A DNA stretch of 64,000 nt from Eledone cirrhosa. Taxonomy: Eukaryota. The stretch covers positions 32,922,001 to 32,986,000 of the forward strand of contig OZ024746.1 in the NCBI GenBank assembly GCA_964016885.1, in the 5' to 3' direction. The translations under genes were made by a program, and so were the position numbers. Of this stretch, positions 35,527-48,819 are shown piece by piece. Each line of letters opens with the position of its first letter. The first letter of the stretch is position 1. Below the pieces are notes generated by a model that saw nothing but the letters and a program-made list of their open reading frames with translations, did no database searches and had not been told where the DNA came from.

Positions 35527-35880
35527 ATAATAATAATTTCTTTATTGGTCACTAGGGTCAAAACAAAGCACAATACAAAAACAGGAACAGTGGGATTTAC
35601 ATAAAACGTGTAAAACCGATAACAGGTAACAAACAATAAATTAATTACAAAACGATTCCTAGTTCCTAAACGAACCTAATCGCCAAGAGCACCAGGCGTT
35701 TCCTGAAACAACACTTCCACCATACTTCACAGTAAAGGCCAACTAAGAGATCCAGAGATCTCAAAGTCATTTAGAGTGGGGGTTAGAGCGCGCTTGTCGG
35801 AAATATTGGTCTTGCAGAGATGGTTGTCACATCGATAGCTAGGGACCTGAGGTCATTGAGCATGCGACCTTGCTTCCAGG
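35527..35880 (-). mobile_element. Compact, diverged Tx1-family relic: APE N-terminus joined to a 3' end with ATT tail
   Basis: 35878-35790 reads WKQGRMLNDLRSLAIDVTTIS (cf. WKHGRLLNDLRSLNIDVVAIS at ~4423). 3' end CCCTAGTGACCAATAAAGAAATTATTATTATT resembles 821-845. Confidence 0.72.
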
Positions 35881-36324
35881 TAACATACCTATACTTTTAG
35901 AATACACTATTCAAAGTAAGATGTAGAAATATTATACCTACCACGAACACAGGGAAAAAGGGGACTTATGCAACGAGAAAACTATTTATAAACAACCACT
36001 GTAGGATTAAATATATCAAATGAAAAATAATAGAAAGTTAATAAAAATAGACATGAAACAAACAAAACAATATCTTGTTTTCTATCTTTCTTGAAGTCGG
36101 AAATGATAAAAAAACATACAGACATATATAACCAACACTCTAGGACTTATAAATATATAGATTATACATGATATAGCGCAACTAAACACTGTACACAAAT
36201 TGCGAAGGCTATTTTTAATACAATAGGGATACCAACAGCAAAACACAACATGTCACATACTCAAGACGCACGAACTCGGCTCAGTAATTCAGTGACAACG
36301 CACAACAACAATTAGACGAATAAT

Positions 36325-36773
36325 AATTGTATCTACTTTTGGTACAAGACCAGTAATTTGAAGGGAAAGGGATAGTGGACTAAATAGACCACAGTAGTTG
36401 GTTGGTCTTTTATTTTATCGACAGAGAAAGGTGGTAGGGCAATGTTAACCTCGGTAGGATTAAAACTCAGATATAACATTTATAAAGAGCTGGAAAATAC
36501 TGCTACGCATTTTCCCGAAGCTCTAACGATTCTGCTACTTCACTGGTCTATAATAATTGTTTATACTTTAGGCATAAGGCCCGCAATTTGAACGTGTGGG
36601 GAAAATCGATTAAATCGACCCCAGTGCGTTACTGGAACTTTATTTTACCGACCCCATAAGGATAAAAGGCAAAGCTAACCTCGGTGGGATTTGAAATCAG
36701 AATGTAAACGACTATAACTCTATGCTTCGAAGCATGATGTCCGACGCTCTACTAATTCTGCCACTTCACCACC
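36325..36773 (-). mobile_element. Two adjacent diverged SINE family 1 copies (longer-body variant)
   Basis: 36325-36548 and 36555-36773 each show the tail, TTTATTTTA.CGAC and AACCTCGGT.GGATT motifs. Confidence 0.82.
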
Positions 36774-36966
36774 GATAATAATATTAAAAGTGATGAAGAT
36801 AATAATGATGACGACGACGATGATGACAACTAAATCAAATAAAAATAACAATTGTAATAAATGTTATATCAAAACTAAATGTCGAAAGCGTTATAAATTG
36901 ATAGCGTATATTAATGAAATAAACAAAACAATAAAGAGATGTATTATTACATCACTACACTACACT

Positions 36967-37155
36967 GCGGTGAATTGGCAGTATCGGTAGAGGGTTGGAC
37001 GCCATGCTTTCTAGCATAGTTACGTCCCTTTACAGTCTGAGTTCAAATCCCGCTGAGGTTAACTTTGCCTTTCATCCTTACGGGGTCGATAAAATAAAGT
37101 ACCAGTAATGTACTAGTAAATTGCTGGCCTTGTGCGTAAAGTAGAAACAATTATT
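36967..37155 (+). mobile_element. SINE family 1, full length
   Basis: GCGGTGAATTGGCAGTATCGG...GAGTTCAAATCCC...CCTTGTGCGTAAAGTAGAAACAATTATT. Confidence 0.92.
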
Positions 37156-37571
37156 ACATCACTTACGCAAGTATCCTTCTGCATTTTAGATAATTTTTAT
37201 TTTCTTCGTTCTTACTTCACAAAAGTTAATGGGTATATTTCGTTATGGTGGTGTAACTATATTGGAATTTTACCGGCGTCGATGATAAATCAAAATGTTA
37301 TGGAATTAAGAAAATATGCTCATTATCACATTTATTTTTGTTACAATTAGAACTCCTTTTGCAAGTACATTGACTGATTAAATATATCAACAAACATAGG
37401 CATGTTCTGGAAAATACCAATACAAGGAATTGTGAATATTGTTAGAACATTGTCACATACCGTTTGTTAAACGTGAACGTTCTTATGCATGTGATTCTAG
37501 AGTTAACTGTTATTTTTGGAATAAGCATTGAAACTGCTTAGTGATTTCTCAAAACTTGAACGATAAAGATA

Positions 37572-37912
37572 ATAATTGTTTCTACTTTTGACATAAAACC
37601 AGAATTGAAAGGGAAGTGGAAAGTCGTTAGTGCTAGATTATTTCATCGACCCCGTAAGGATAAAAGGCAAAGCTAACCTCAACTGGATTTGAATTCAAAA
37701 CGTAAAGATCTATAACATAATAATTGTTTCCACTTTTGGCACAAGGCCAGCAATTTTCCCAGTGCATTACTGGTACTTTATTTTATCGACCCCGTAAGGA
37801 TGAAGTGCAAAGTTAACCTCGACAGGATTTGAACTCAGAACATAAAGAGCCGCAACTCTTTGCTGCTAAGCATGGGGTCTGATCCTGTACCGATACTGCC
37901 AATCCACCGTCC
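37572..37912 (-). mobile_element. Two adjacent SINE family 1 copies
   Basis: 37572-37715 (partial) and 37720-37912; AAT runs at the boundaries. Confidence 0.85.
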
Positions 37913-38362
37913 TCAATAATAATAATCGTTTCTATAATCCATGCGGAAATATTTTACTAAAGCATAGCTTTGCATAAAGCACGCCCAGAAGCAACAAATT
38001 CGCGATTTTGTCACATCTGACACTGAGTATAATCTGAAATACATCGAAATACATAAAACTTGTGTATTTTGGAAGTTTTACGAGACGTGCTACCGTTTAC
38101 GACAAGAAATCCATAAGCATTTTGTCGATGATGTAAATATGCATTTTAGTTGTCATCATTAATATTCTTAATACCTGTTTAGTATTAGATGTTTTCTGAT
38201 AATCGGAGATGTTATTTAAATTCTCCTTGAAATTTATGCACATGTTTTTGCTGTTTAACATAGTTCATTGACATCGTTTCAATTATGATCAGAAGGACAA
38301 CATCGCAATTTCGTCACATCATTTGACACTTAATATATCCAGAAAGGGAATTTTATTTCTTA

Positions 38363-38524
38363 TCAGCTTATATAACCATTATATATCATTTTCTATTACG
38401 GCGTAACAGCGTTATCGGTGTCAGCTTATATAACCATTATATATCATTTTCTATTGCGGCGTAACAGCGTTATCGGTGTCAGCTTATATAACCATTATAT
38501 ATCATTTTCTGTTACGGCGTAACA
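38363..38524 (+). repeat. 58-bp tandem repeat, 2.8 copies
   Basis: TCAGCTTATATAACCATTATATATCATTTTCTATTACGGCGTAACAGCGTTATCGGTG at 38363, 38421 and 38479. Confidence 0.93.
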
Positions 38525-40171
38525 TATTTACATATATATATATATTAATAAGAAAACTCTAGAATCAATTAAAAAATAGCATAAACAACAAATGAATTAG
38601 AACATGTTATAATCACACCACACAAAATAATCATTGATTTCTCCTTCCTACTTTCAACACTACTACAAATGCATGTGCTAAAACAAATTGCTTGGGACAA
38701 CCTTATCCACCTTTTCTTTAGCTCTACTATCCATTTACTGCGTAAACTCATCTAGATTCCATTCTTTACCGATGTTTTCTATTTACATATGAAACTGCAT
38801 AAGGCGAATTTCATTGAAAAGCTCATTGATATTCCACGTTGTGTTCAATGTTTTCGCCTCGTATTAAACAAATCGCAACCTTGAGTATAGTGAATTTTAA
38901 TATAACTATTTTAGCGACATTATGGGAGAGAGGGTAAAACCTTAAACTAATTATTCAAACCTTTTTACGTTCTGCTACATGTGTTTCAGAAAAAAAAAAC
39001 TATTTTGTTTTTCTGCATTGCTATACTTTACAGAGCTGCTTCGTCAAATTTGTTTAAGAGTACTCGAAAATGTAATTTCCGATGGACTAGAATTCAATTC
39101 CTGCCTAAAAAGCATTTATCTATCATTCGTTTCAAGACATAAAGCAGTAATATCCAGCAAAGTTATTTTAAGGCAAAACATTTCCGAACAATGTGTTCAT
39201 CTTATCATGTAAATATTTCGACTAATCTACAAAACCCCATTATATTTCACAGATTTCCAACTGGGGCTGAGTACAACAAACAATATCAACTATAAATTGC
39301 TTCTTATTTTATGAACTGCAGAAGAAAGAAAAGAAGCAGTAGATCTTGTCAGGATTTGAAATGAGAATGTAAAGAGACATAACTAAATAAAGTAAGACAC
39401 AACTAAATAATGTCTGGCACCATCCTACAACTAACATTAGTAGTAAATGATTGGTATCCTTTTTAACAATCCGGGCAGGATGAAAAACAAAATCGACAAA
39501 AGATGGGATTTGAAATCAAAGCATATATGTAGTATATAAACTATATACCACAGAGGGTAATCAGTCCATTCCATCACCACCACCACAAACAAAAGCACCA
39601 CCACTACCACCATCATCATTACAAAACACAACCACCAATACCACCAATACCACCAATACCACCACCAACACCACTACCACCAGCACCATCACCAGCACCA
39701 CCATCACCACCACTACTACGACCAACCCCACCACCAACACCACACAGCAAACTAAACACAAAAGCTAAAGAGCAAAAACAAAAGCAATATTTCGCTTATA
39801 TGAAAAGAAAAATATAAAGAAATATGTAGAAGGAGCTATTGAAGTAGAAAGAAAAAGAAAGAAGGAAAGTATATAAATGTTTTATATATCTGTCATGGAA
39901 ATTCTTCTGTCAGGAACAATAAAATAGAAACAGCCTTATATTCCTCACATCAACATTACTGTAGAAGACAAGTCTGAAGTTTACAGAAGATGTGCTATAG
40001 CTACTAACCAAGGTTCGCTTTATTCTAAATAATTCTTTGAAATGGGAACTCAAAAGATAGGATAGAGACAGAGATCAACAGTTGTATGTACACATACAAC
40101 CATATACACTATATATTATATATATTATATATATATATATATTTGTTTAAATATGTACATATATGTGTTTA

Positions 40172-40259
<88 letters not shown>

Positions 40260-40266
40260 TAAACAA

Positions 40267-40387
<121 letters not shown>

Positions 40388-40438
40388 TAAACATATAAAC
40401 ACACACGCATATATATGAAATAAACGTTAAGAGGGAAG

Positions 40439-40474
<36 letters not shown>

Positions 40475-40485
40475 GTATCTATATA

Positions 40486-40565
<80 letters not shown>

Positions 40566-40670
40566 CACACACACACACACACACATATATGTGTGTATAT
40601 ATATATATATGTATGTATATATATACGTGTATGTTTCTGTATATATATATATCGCTCTCTCGCTCTCTCT

Positions 40671-40734
<64 letters not shown>

Positions 40735-40910
40735 CTATATATATATATGGAAAGTAGAGAAAGTGAAAGAGAGAGAATAGACTTAAAGCAAATTCATTCA
40801 TTTAGACTCATATTCAAATCTAACTTCAAAGTATAAGTATTCCTCGCACAAATATTACACACGCATACACACTGACACACACAAGCATACCCATATACAT
40901 ATATAATGTA

Positions 40911-41024
40911 AATGATGATGATAATGATGATGATGACGACAATAGTGGTGTTGATGATGCTGATGATGATGATGATGATGATAATGATGTTGATGATGAT
41001 GTCGCCAACGATGATGCTGTTCAC

Positions 41025-41060
<36 letters not shown>

Positions 41061-41126
41061 AATGATGTTGATGATGATGATGATGCTGCTGATGATGATG
41101 ATGTTGCCAACGATGATGGTGTTCAC

Positions 41127-41165
<39 letters not shown>

Positions 41166-41270
41166 CATCATGATGAGGATGATGATGATGATGATGGTGG
41201 TGGTGATGTTAATGATGCTGATGATGTTATTGGTGAAGTTGATGACGAATGATGATAATGATGGTAATAG
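40911..41270 (+). repeat. (GAT)n microsatellite with higher-order duplication
   Basis: Seen directly. Confidence 0.93.
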
Positions 41271-41271
41271 T

Positions 41272-41680
41272 AATGAAAGATGATAATAATTGTTTCTACT
41301 ATTGGCACAGGGCCAGCAAATTACCCAGTGTATTACTGGTACTTTATTTTATCGACCCCCGTAAGGATAAAAGGCAAAGTTAACCTCGGCGGGATTTGAA
41401 CTCAGACCGTAAAGGGACGTAACTATGCTGGAAAGCATGGCGTCCGACCCTCTACCAATACTGCCAATGAAAGATGATAATAATTGTTTCTACTATTGGC
41501 ACAGGGCCAGCAAATTACCCAGTGTATTACTGGTACTTTATTTTATCGAACCCCCGTAAAGATAAACGGCAAAGTTAACCTCGGCGGGATTTGAATTCAG
41601 ACCATAAAGAGACGTAACTATGCTGGAAAGCATGGCGTCCGACCCTCTACCAATACTGCCAATGAAAGATGATAATAATA
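41272..41680 (-). mobile_element. Tandem dimer of SINE family 1 (~194-bp units)
   Basis: Two near-identical copies; AATGAAAGATGATAATAAT occurs at 41272, 41466 and 41661. Confidence 0.92.
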
Positions 41681-41924
41681 AACAGTTATGGAGATGACAA
41701 TACCAATGATAAAGCTGCTGCGGATGATGATTTTGATGATGATGCTTGTGACTGTGATTATGAAAAGAAAAATTGAAGAGAAACGTTAGTTGCAAATGAT
41801 ATTACCACAAGGCTAAATATTCTTTTATTAAACGACCACCTCTTTGACCTTTAACATTTCCTTTGTTCCCTGTTTTCTTTATAACCATTCTTTTCCCCAA
41901 TATCATTTCCCATATCCCTATTAT

Positions 41925-42012
41925 CATTCTTCTTCTTCTTCTTCTTCTTCTTCTTCTTCTTCTTCTTCTTCTTCTTCTTCTTCTTCTTCTTCTTCTTCTT
42001 CTTCTTCTTCTT

Positions 42013-42043
<31 letters not shown>

Positions 42044-42063
42044 TTATTATTATTATTATGATC

Positions 42064-42094
<31 letters not shown>

Positions 42095-42095
42095 T

Positions 42096-42133
<38 letters not shown>

Positions 42134-42291
42134 TATTATAAACTTTAGCAAAAGGAAATATATTTATCACAAAATTTAGATAAATTATTATTATTTTTAT
42201 TAATATTATTAGTTTTTCTAAAGCTATTGTTATTATCTCGAATAACAATGAAACAAAATGGAAAAAGAAAAAGAATTTATTATTATTGTTG

Positions 42292-42325
<34 letters not shown>

Positions 42326-42430
42326 CATTATTATTATTATAGCTCTAGTGGTCAATAAAGTAATCATCATCATCATCATCATCACCATCCTCATTATTAT
42401 TATTATTATTGTTATCATTATTATTATCAA

Positions 42431-42494
<64 letters not shown>

Positions 42495-42520
42495 ATTATT
42501 ATTATTATTATTATTATTAT
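41925..42520 (+). repeat. (TTC)n, (TAG)n, (ATC)n and (ATT)n microsatellite block
   Basis: Seen directly. Confidence 0.95.
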
Positions 42521-44073
42521 TGTTTTGCTTATATACTATTATATGGTAGTTTCTGTTTAAGGAATTTGAAAATGTCAGACAGTTAAAACAAATTTGGCTG
42601 CAAAGTTCTTTGATTGTTTCAATTTAACATCAGCTGACATTTGACAGTTGCTGGTTTGGCTCAGTGAATGGCCAAATAAGACTACCTGAATTGACTTCAA
42701 GTCTAATTTCATTTTATTTCTACGTCTTTTAGCTACATTTACTTTTATGAAAATCTTACAAATTTACACGTATACTTTATATTAAGATGTAGAAAGTTAT
42801 AATACATAAAATACATTGACGTGGCCTTTACTTTGGATAAAATAATTATAAAACATTTATCAAGGATTGCACTGAGTGGTCTTTCGATCCAACACAGATA
42901 ACAAAAGCATCTTCCTCAAAACAAACAATGCACCCTGGTATAAGGAAAGGATGTATTAAATAATGCAGTCTTATATAATCTGAAAATAATGGGTGTTTAC
43001 AGCTGAAATCCTTTTAGTTATCGATCTGCATTCACGTAATGTCTTAGTCGCAATTAAGAATCAGAAGGAAAAGAATGTATCTAAAAATAAGTGTTGACTG
43101 AAAAACCAATGTTTTATCTGAGATTGGTTTAGTAAAAATATATTGAAGAAGATTAACCCTAGCATTTAGAACGAAACAGATTTGAACCAATGCGCTAACA
43201 GCAGTGAGGTCATCGATAAGCTGCATAAGATTACTGGCAAAAATAATGTCGGATATTTACCCAGTTGAAATTGTAGGATATTATCTTTCTATTCCAATGA
43301 AATATTAAAAAAAGTGTTGCATTTCGACAGCAGAGATATCACCAAAGATCATAGTGACTTCGGATCATAGAGCCCGTTATTTGATTCCTGTTTCACAAGA
43401 AGGGCTCCCCATGCGTTACAAAATCTGACCTGAGTGGTTTCTTTGATGCTATTAATATGAGGTTGTCCAATGGTTGGTACGGATTTGTGTGAACTGGTAA
43501 AATTGTATTCACTAGATACTTCAGGTAGTTTAATTCTATTCGTGACGTGACCTTTCGTATCTATAGACTTATCTATAGACTTTCGTATCTATAGGCTTAA
43601 ACTATTTCCTGTATTAACTGTCACTTTCTTGACAGACAAAGGTTTTCAAATGTTTAGGCCTAAAATCACCCAAATAAGTTTCCTGAGTGTCACTCTGGAT
43701 TCACATAATAATTTGTGAAATTTTTATAGAGATATTAACATAAAACCTACATATACAAACGTAGGATCCTATCTCCTGTAGTTTTTAATTTTCTTTAAAT
43801 ACATATCTCTCGTCTATCTGAAACAACTTTGAGTAAAATACTCTAACGAAATTCTAAATCCTAATTATGAAATATATATCTATTTGTACTCTCACTGGCA
43901 TCTGGTTTATTTTCCTTCAGTCAATTCTTAAACATTCATAAGCAACGTCAGTGTACTCTCTACATATCAATGTACATATTATTTCCTCTTCGTGAAATAT
44001 GAATCACAGAGGAAATCTAATACGTTCAAAACATGTACATTGTGACGAGCAACCCCCCCCCCCCCCCTATTCT

Positions 44074-44320
44074 GTATATAGGTGCGATTAACTGATCTTA
44101 TTAGTGTTATTTTAAGACCCTAATTACTCTTTAATGGAATTCTTGTTTACTAAACGGTTGACTACTCTGTTGGTAGAATTTTCTTAATTATATTACCATA
44201 ATATAATTAAGAAAATTCTACCAACAGAGTGGTGAACCGTTTATTAGACAAAAATTCCATTAAAGAGTAATTAGGGTCTTAAAATAACACTAATAAGATC
44301 AGTTAATCGAACCTATATAC
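44074..44320. mobile_element. Palindromic MITE/fold-back element (~120-bp arms)
   Basis: GTATATAGGTGCGATTAACTGATC...GATCAGTTAATCGAACCTATATAC; almost the whole element is an inverted repeat; TA dinucleotides at both ends. Confidence 0.8.
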
Positions 44321-44699
44321 GGTACATATTCTCAGTATATATTAAGGTGCTAGAACTGTGTTACAAAGCCTCCACATATTTTGCATATTTCTTTATAAGC
44401 TTTTGATAGTTTACAATATTTTGTTGCATTTAACACACACAGACACAGACAGACATACACACATACACACACACACAGACACAGACACAGAGACACAGAG
44501 ACACACACAGACACAGACACAGACACAGACACACACACTTGAGATTTGAATTTCTCAGCACTGCTATTTTGTTCAGCCTTATCTAGTATTGATCAAGTAG
44601 GAATTTACTCGCCAACGTCTTAATATAACAATACTTAGCATTAAATTCTCGCGTTTTAATTTTAGAATACAAAGTTGTTGTTTATTGCATATCCACCAT

Positions 44700-45700
44700 T
44701 ATAATATCAGTGTGCTATTCCCATCTCTTATATTTGTTGACTTCTCTGAAAACGAAAGCCAGGTGCCTCATGTTATCCTGGTTTTGTAGTTACATGAATT
44801 AGTTCCCTTATTGTCCTTAACTGGATGTTTTCTCATTCCTTGTTGCAGTAAAAATTCACCTTTGCTTTTCTGTGGTAAATATATGTCTGTGTCGGCCTTT
44901 GGGTGAGCTATTCTAAATTCAGCCATCAATTTCCATGATTTTGTATCAAATTTATTTAACATCCAGTAGAGAATGTTATAACAGCTGTATCATTTATATC
45001 TATTACCTTATTTTCAGTTTTGAGTATTTATCTAAGATGCCCATAAAATCCCCCCACTAACATTTTATCTTTCTTGTCTGTATTGTACTTATAAGTATTT
45101 GTAAGTTGGTGCTTACTCTAATTCTCTTAACTTAGATTGATCGCCATCATACATCATTTTTCATGTTTAGCAAGATTCTTAATGGTGTCACCGCCTGACA
45201 ACAAGTAATAGAGAAAAGTATCTCTCCAGAACATTTCTGTTAAAAAAATTGATTTTGACTTTAAAACGACCCCTTTTGTTTAAATCTATAAACTGATTTT
45301 TCTTTTACTTTGATATACCTGCTTGCTATCAGTGTGACCTTGCGCATGATGGATATTTACATAGTACATCGTATTGAAAGTGTCAAATCCATTTTTCTCT
45401 TCGCTCAGTTATTTGAAGGTTTATATAAATCCGTCACCGATTCCTATAAACCTTTATGTCATCCTATATTTTCTTCTGAAACTATGGTTCCTTTTTTTCT
45501 TTTCCAGATGAACATTTATCATGTACGATAAGATTAATGAGAATATCTCTATAATGTGGTCAGGTAGGTTATGAATATATACTTTGTAGTTTCGATGGAT
45601 CCTCTGATTCAGAGATTAAGATGTGCTTCTGTGCTTTAGTTTATCGATATATCTGCAAGTGCTTTGTGGTTACATTTATCTAAACATGCAGAGAATTTAG
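44700..45700 (-). mobile_element. Heavily degraded R4/Dong-type LINE relic
   Basis: HPKADTDIYLPQKSKG (cf. HPKADTDRIYLPRKEGG at ~27715); ITYLTTL near 45560 (cf. ITCLTTMYK). Boundaries approximate. Confidence 0.55.
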
Positions 45701-46968
45701 AAATTTGTCACTCTTCGGCTTTCCAATTCATCTTATTTTGTTGTATCTGAGCACTTTCTTGGGTGATTGTTTCTTTCTAGGAGTTTTATCATCTCTTCCC
45801 ACTTCTCTAAAAACATATTTTGCTATTAAAAAAAGAAGAAATAATTCCCAAATTATGTACTGTGTATCATTTCATTCATTAACGTTAATTTTCTGTTTCT
45901 ATGTAAGTTATTTTAAGTGTGTATCTTGTCAAATTAGCTATGTTTTGAGGATTGAAATTTATATCTAGATGAAAACAAAGCATATGCATCTAATATGAAA
46001 ACTTATGTTCTTATGTCTATTTATGAATTTCCTTATTTGTTTGAGTCTTTCGAAGTGTAAAAGGTGGTAATTTATGTAGACTCATCATTCATTTTCATGA
46101 GGTACTTATATTTGTGTTGGTGATGCAGAATTATGTACACGTCTTGTTTCTTATGCATAACATTTAAAATACAGATTCTCTTGTAAACGATTTATTTGTA
46201 ATATTGGTTCTGCTTTATGTTCAGTTGAATGTGACTGGTATTAATCTTAGGTGTTAGTCAATTAGTAATTAACACGAACAGAATTACCTGATAATGTTGT
46301 ATAATGAAATAAATAGACTAAGAAATAGATACATTATTAAATCACTTACAGATGTATCATACATCGTTTTAGATAATTTTGATTTTCTTTGTTATTTTAT
46401 GAATGTTAATGGATATATTTCGGAATGATGTAATGATATACGATGGTATTTCAATGTGTGCTATCGTTACTCGATAGACTGCGTAGCTCGGAGATCAGAG
46501 AGTCACTCCAGATATATCCAAGCTACGCAGTGTATCGAATAACGCACTCTATCGAATACGCCAAAGACCATTCGGAGGAACACCCATTTCGGCCGCTTGT
46601 ATTTATTATCGTATTCCTTCTGTCATGACCATAAAAATGGGCTGGTATGACTAACAAATTGAAGATAGAGAGTTTAGCTTTTACACCTACCTCTGATGAC
46701 AGAGAAAAACTATGATTGTTAATAATCTTGGTATAGGAGAAATACTTTAATTATCTTGGTCTGTATAGTTGCTTACTGTTTTCTCAAGCTGTCATTCAAC
46801 AATAGGCTCAATATTGCGTATTTAAGTTTTTGGACTTCAATAAGATAGATAAAAGTCTGTACAGTTTGTTATATATTGTATGATTTGTTGGCTAGTTGGC
46901 TACTTGCCTACTTCCCTGGCTCAATTACACATTTATACATACACATGTATATTTTGATGACCTATATT

Positions 46969-47022
<54 letters not shown>

Positions 47023-47059
47023 CATTTTAATATTCGTGTGAATATAAATATATTCATAC

Positions 47060-47080
47060 ATAACATTTTCCCTTTCTACA

Positions 47081-47148
<68 letters not shown>

Positions 47149-47168
47149 TGTAGAAAGGGAAAATGTTA
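47060..47168. repeat. Inverted repeat (~25-bp arms) centred on (TA)n
   Basis: ATAACATTTTCCCTTTCTACATTCA-(TA)n-TGAATGTAGAAAGGGAAAATGTTAT. Confidence 0.88.
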
Positions 47169-47170
47169 TC

Positions 47171-47310
47171 TAGTCCAGAATTAGCCGTCGAAACGGCTTG
47201 AGCTCAGCCGTCGGGGTCTTACTGGTTCCTATTACCCACTCTACTACCCTAAGTATTGAGTACTTTGGTGCGTTATGGTCCACCTGGTTCCTTACCACAT
47301 TTCCTTCGTT
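47171..47310 (+). mobile_element. Second copy of the 32977-33173 element, ending in (TA)n
   Basis: AGTCCAGAATTAGCCGTCGAAACGGCTTGAGC...CCCTAAGTATTGAGTACT...CCTTACCAC is shared. Confidence 0.75.
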
Positions 47311-47391
47311 ATATATATATATATATATATATACAATGGCGGACTGGGTCTAAAAATATCGGGTGCCAGGAGATGAATGCTATCATTTAAT

Positions 47392-47635
47392 TTTGATTTA
47401 GAAAAAGTAGGTTCATAATTATTAATTTTCATTATGCTTTTGTAGCTGCCTCGGCTGCCTAGTTGGATGAAGCATAGACGGTGGTCATCTTGGTCTGAAG
47501 GGTTCCCGGTAATCCTTTTCAGTCTTTTTTCCATAGGATGTAAAATAAAAATTGAAAGACATTACATGTACCTCAAGACCAGGATCTCCACCGTCTCTAG
47601 TACTTACCGATAGGCCACTGAGACAACTACGAAAA
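47392..47635. mobile_element. Dispersed repeat with two convergent tRNA-like arms (copy 1)
   Basis: Left TTTGTAGCTGCCTCGGCTGCCTAGTTGG...AGACGGTGG resembles the reverse complement of the right arm, TTCGTAGTTGTCTCAGTGGCCTATCGG...AGACGGTGG. Homologous to 48424-48670. Confidence 0.6.
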
Positions 47636-47916
47636 TCAAGTGAAAATTCATACTTATAAACCTACATTCAAAATTTTCAAAACAAAATGATGTGGTGTCT
47701 TTCTTAATGTTATTACTCCTTCTTAATGTTATTGGTCCACTTCTAAGCCATTTGGGTGTTCCGTAAACTACAGCTTCGTTTTGTTTCTCATCTATCTAGA
47801 CTATGTTTTAACCTGTAATCAATGTTTCATTTCTGTTGCACCTCATTTCTCCTCCCCATCACTGTAATATTTGAATCTACTATGATTTGGGGTTACTTTA
47901 TTAATATATATATGTT

Positions 47917-48318
<402 letters not shown>

Positions 48319-48423
48319 TCAACAGTTAAACACACACAGGAATAATAAGGTGCCAATGAGCCACAAGATTGACAAGTCGACCCTAAATATGGAAAGCCAT
48401 GAACGACGCCACATCTTTTCAAC

Positions 48424-48670
48424 TTTGATTTTGAAAGTAAGTTTATAATTATTAATTTCCATTATAATTTTGTAGATGTCTCGGCGGCCTAGTTGGATGA
48501 CTCATAGACGGTGATGATCCTGGTCTGAAGTTCGATCGTGGTCGGGAGTTGGGTACCCGGAAAACTTTTTCAGATTTTATTTTACATCCCATAGAAAAAA
48601 AATTACATGCATATCTTGACCAGGATTGAACCCAATGTCACGATCTCCCATGTCTCTAGTACCTACCGCT
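48424..48670. mobile_element. Dispersed repeat with two convergent tRNA-like arms (copy 2)
   Basis: Plus: GGCCTAGTTGG (A-box-like) ... GTTCGATC (B-box-like). Minus: TAGCGGTAGG ... GGTTCAATCC. Confidence 0.6.
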
Positions 48671-48748
48671 ATTCAATTCCAGTATTGGCAGACTGCCAAT
48701 ATTGGAATTGAATAATCAAAACCGTAGCGGTATGTCACATATAAAATC

Positions 48749-48819
48749 ATATATTTTGTCTGATGAAAACGTACTTAAAAACACCATCGTACCTTTGAAA
48801 TATGTATAATAAAATATAT
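48749..48819 (+). ncRNA. Minimal type-I hammerhead ribozyme
   Basis: Stem I ATATATTTTGT/ATAAAATATAT (11 bp); CTGATGA 48760-48766; stem II AAACGTAC/GTACCTTT; GAAA 48797-48800; stem III ATATGTAT; predicted AUA cleavage after 48808. Confidence 0.72.

Noticed and set aside
36967-37060. Functional tRNA genes at SINE heads
   Set aside because: A/B boxes are present but there is no complete cloverleaf, and each continues into a SINE body.
38363-38524. CRISPR-like array
   Set aside because: Whole 58-bp units are duplicated, with no variable spacers.
43040-43420. Possible Penelope RT relic (LIDDLTA, MGSP-like)
   Set aside because: Only two short motifs in broken frames; too weak to call without a profile search.
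46460-46520. RTE-like peptide SLLDRLRSSEIRESLQI
   Set aside because: Too short and isolated to support a feature.
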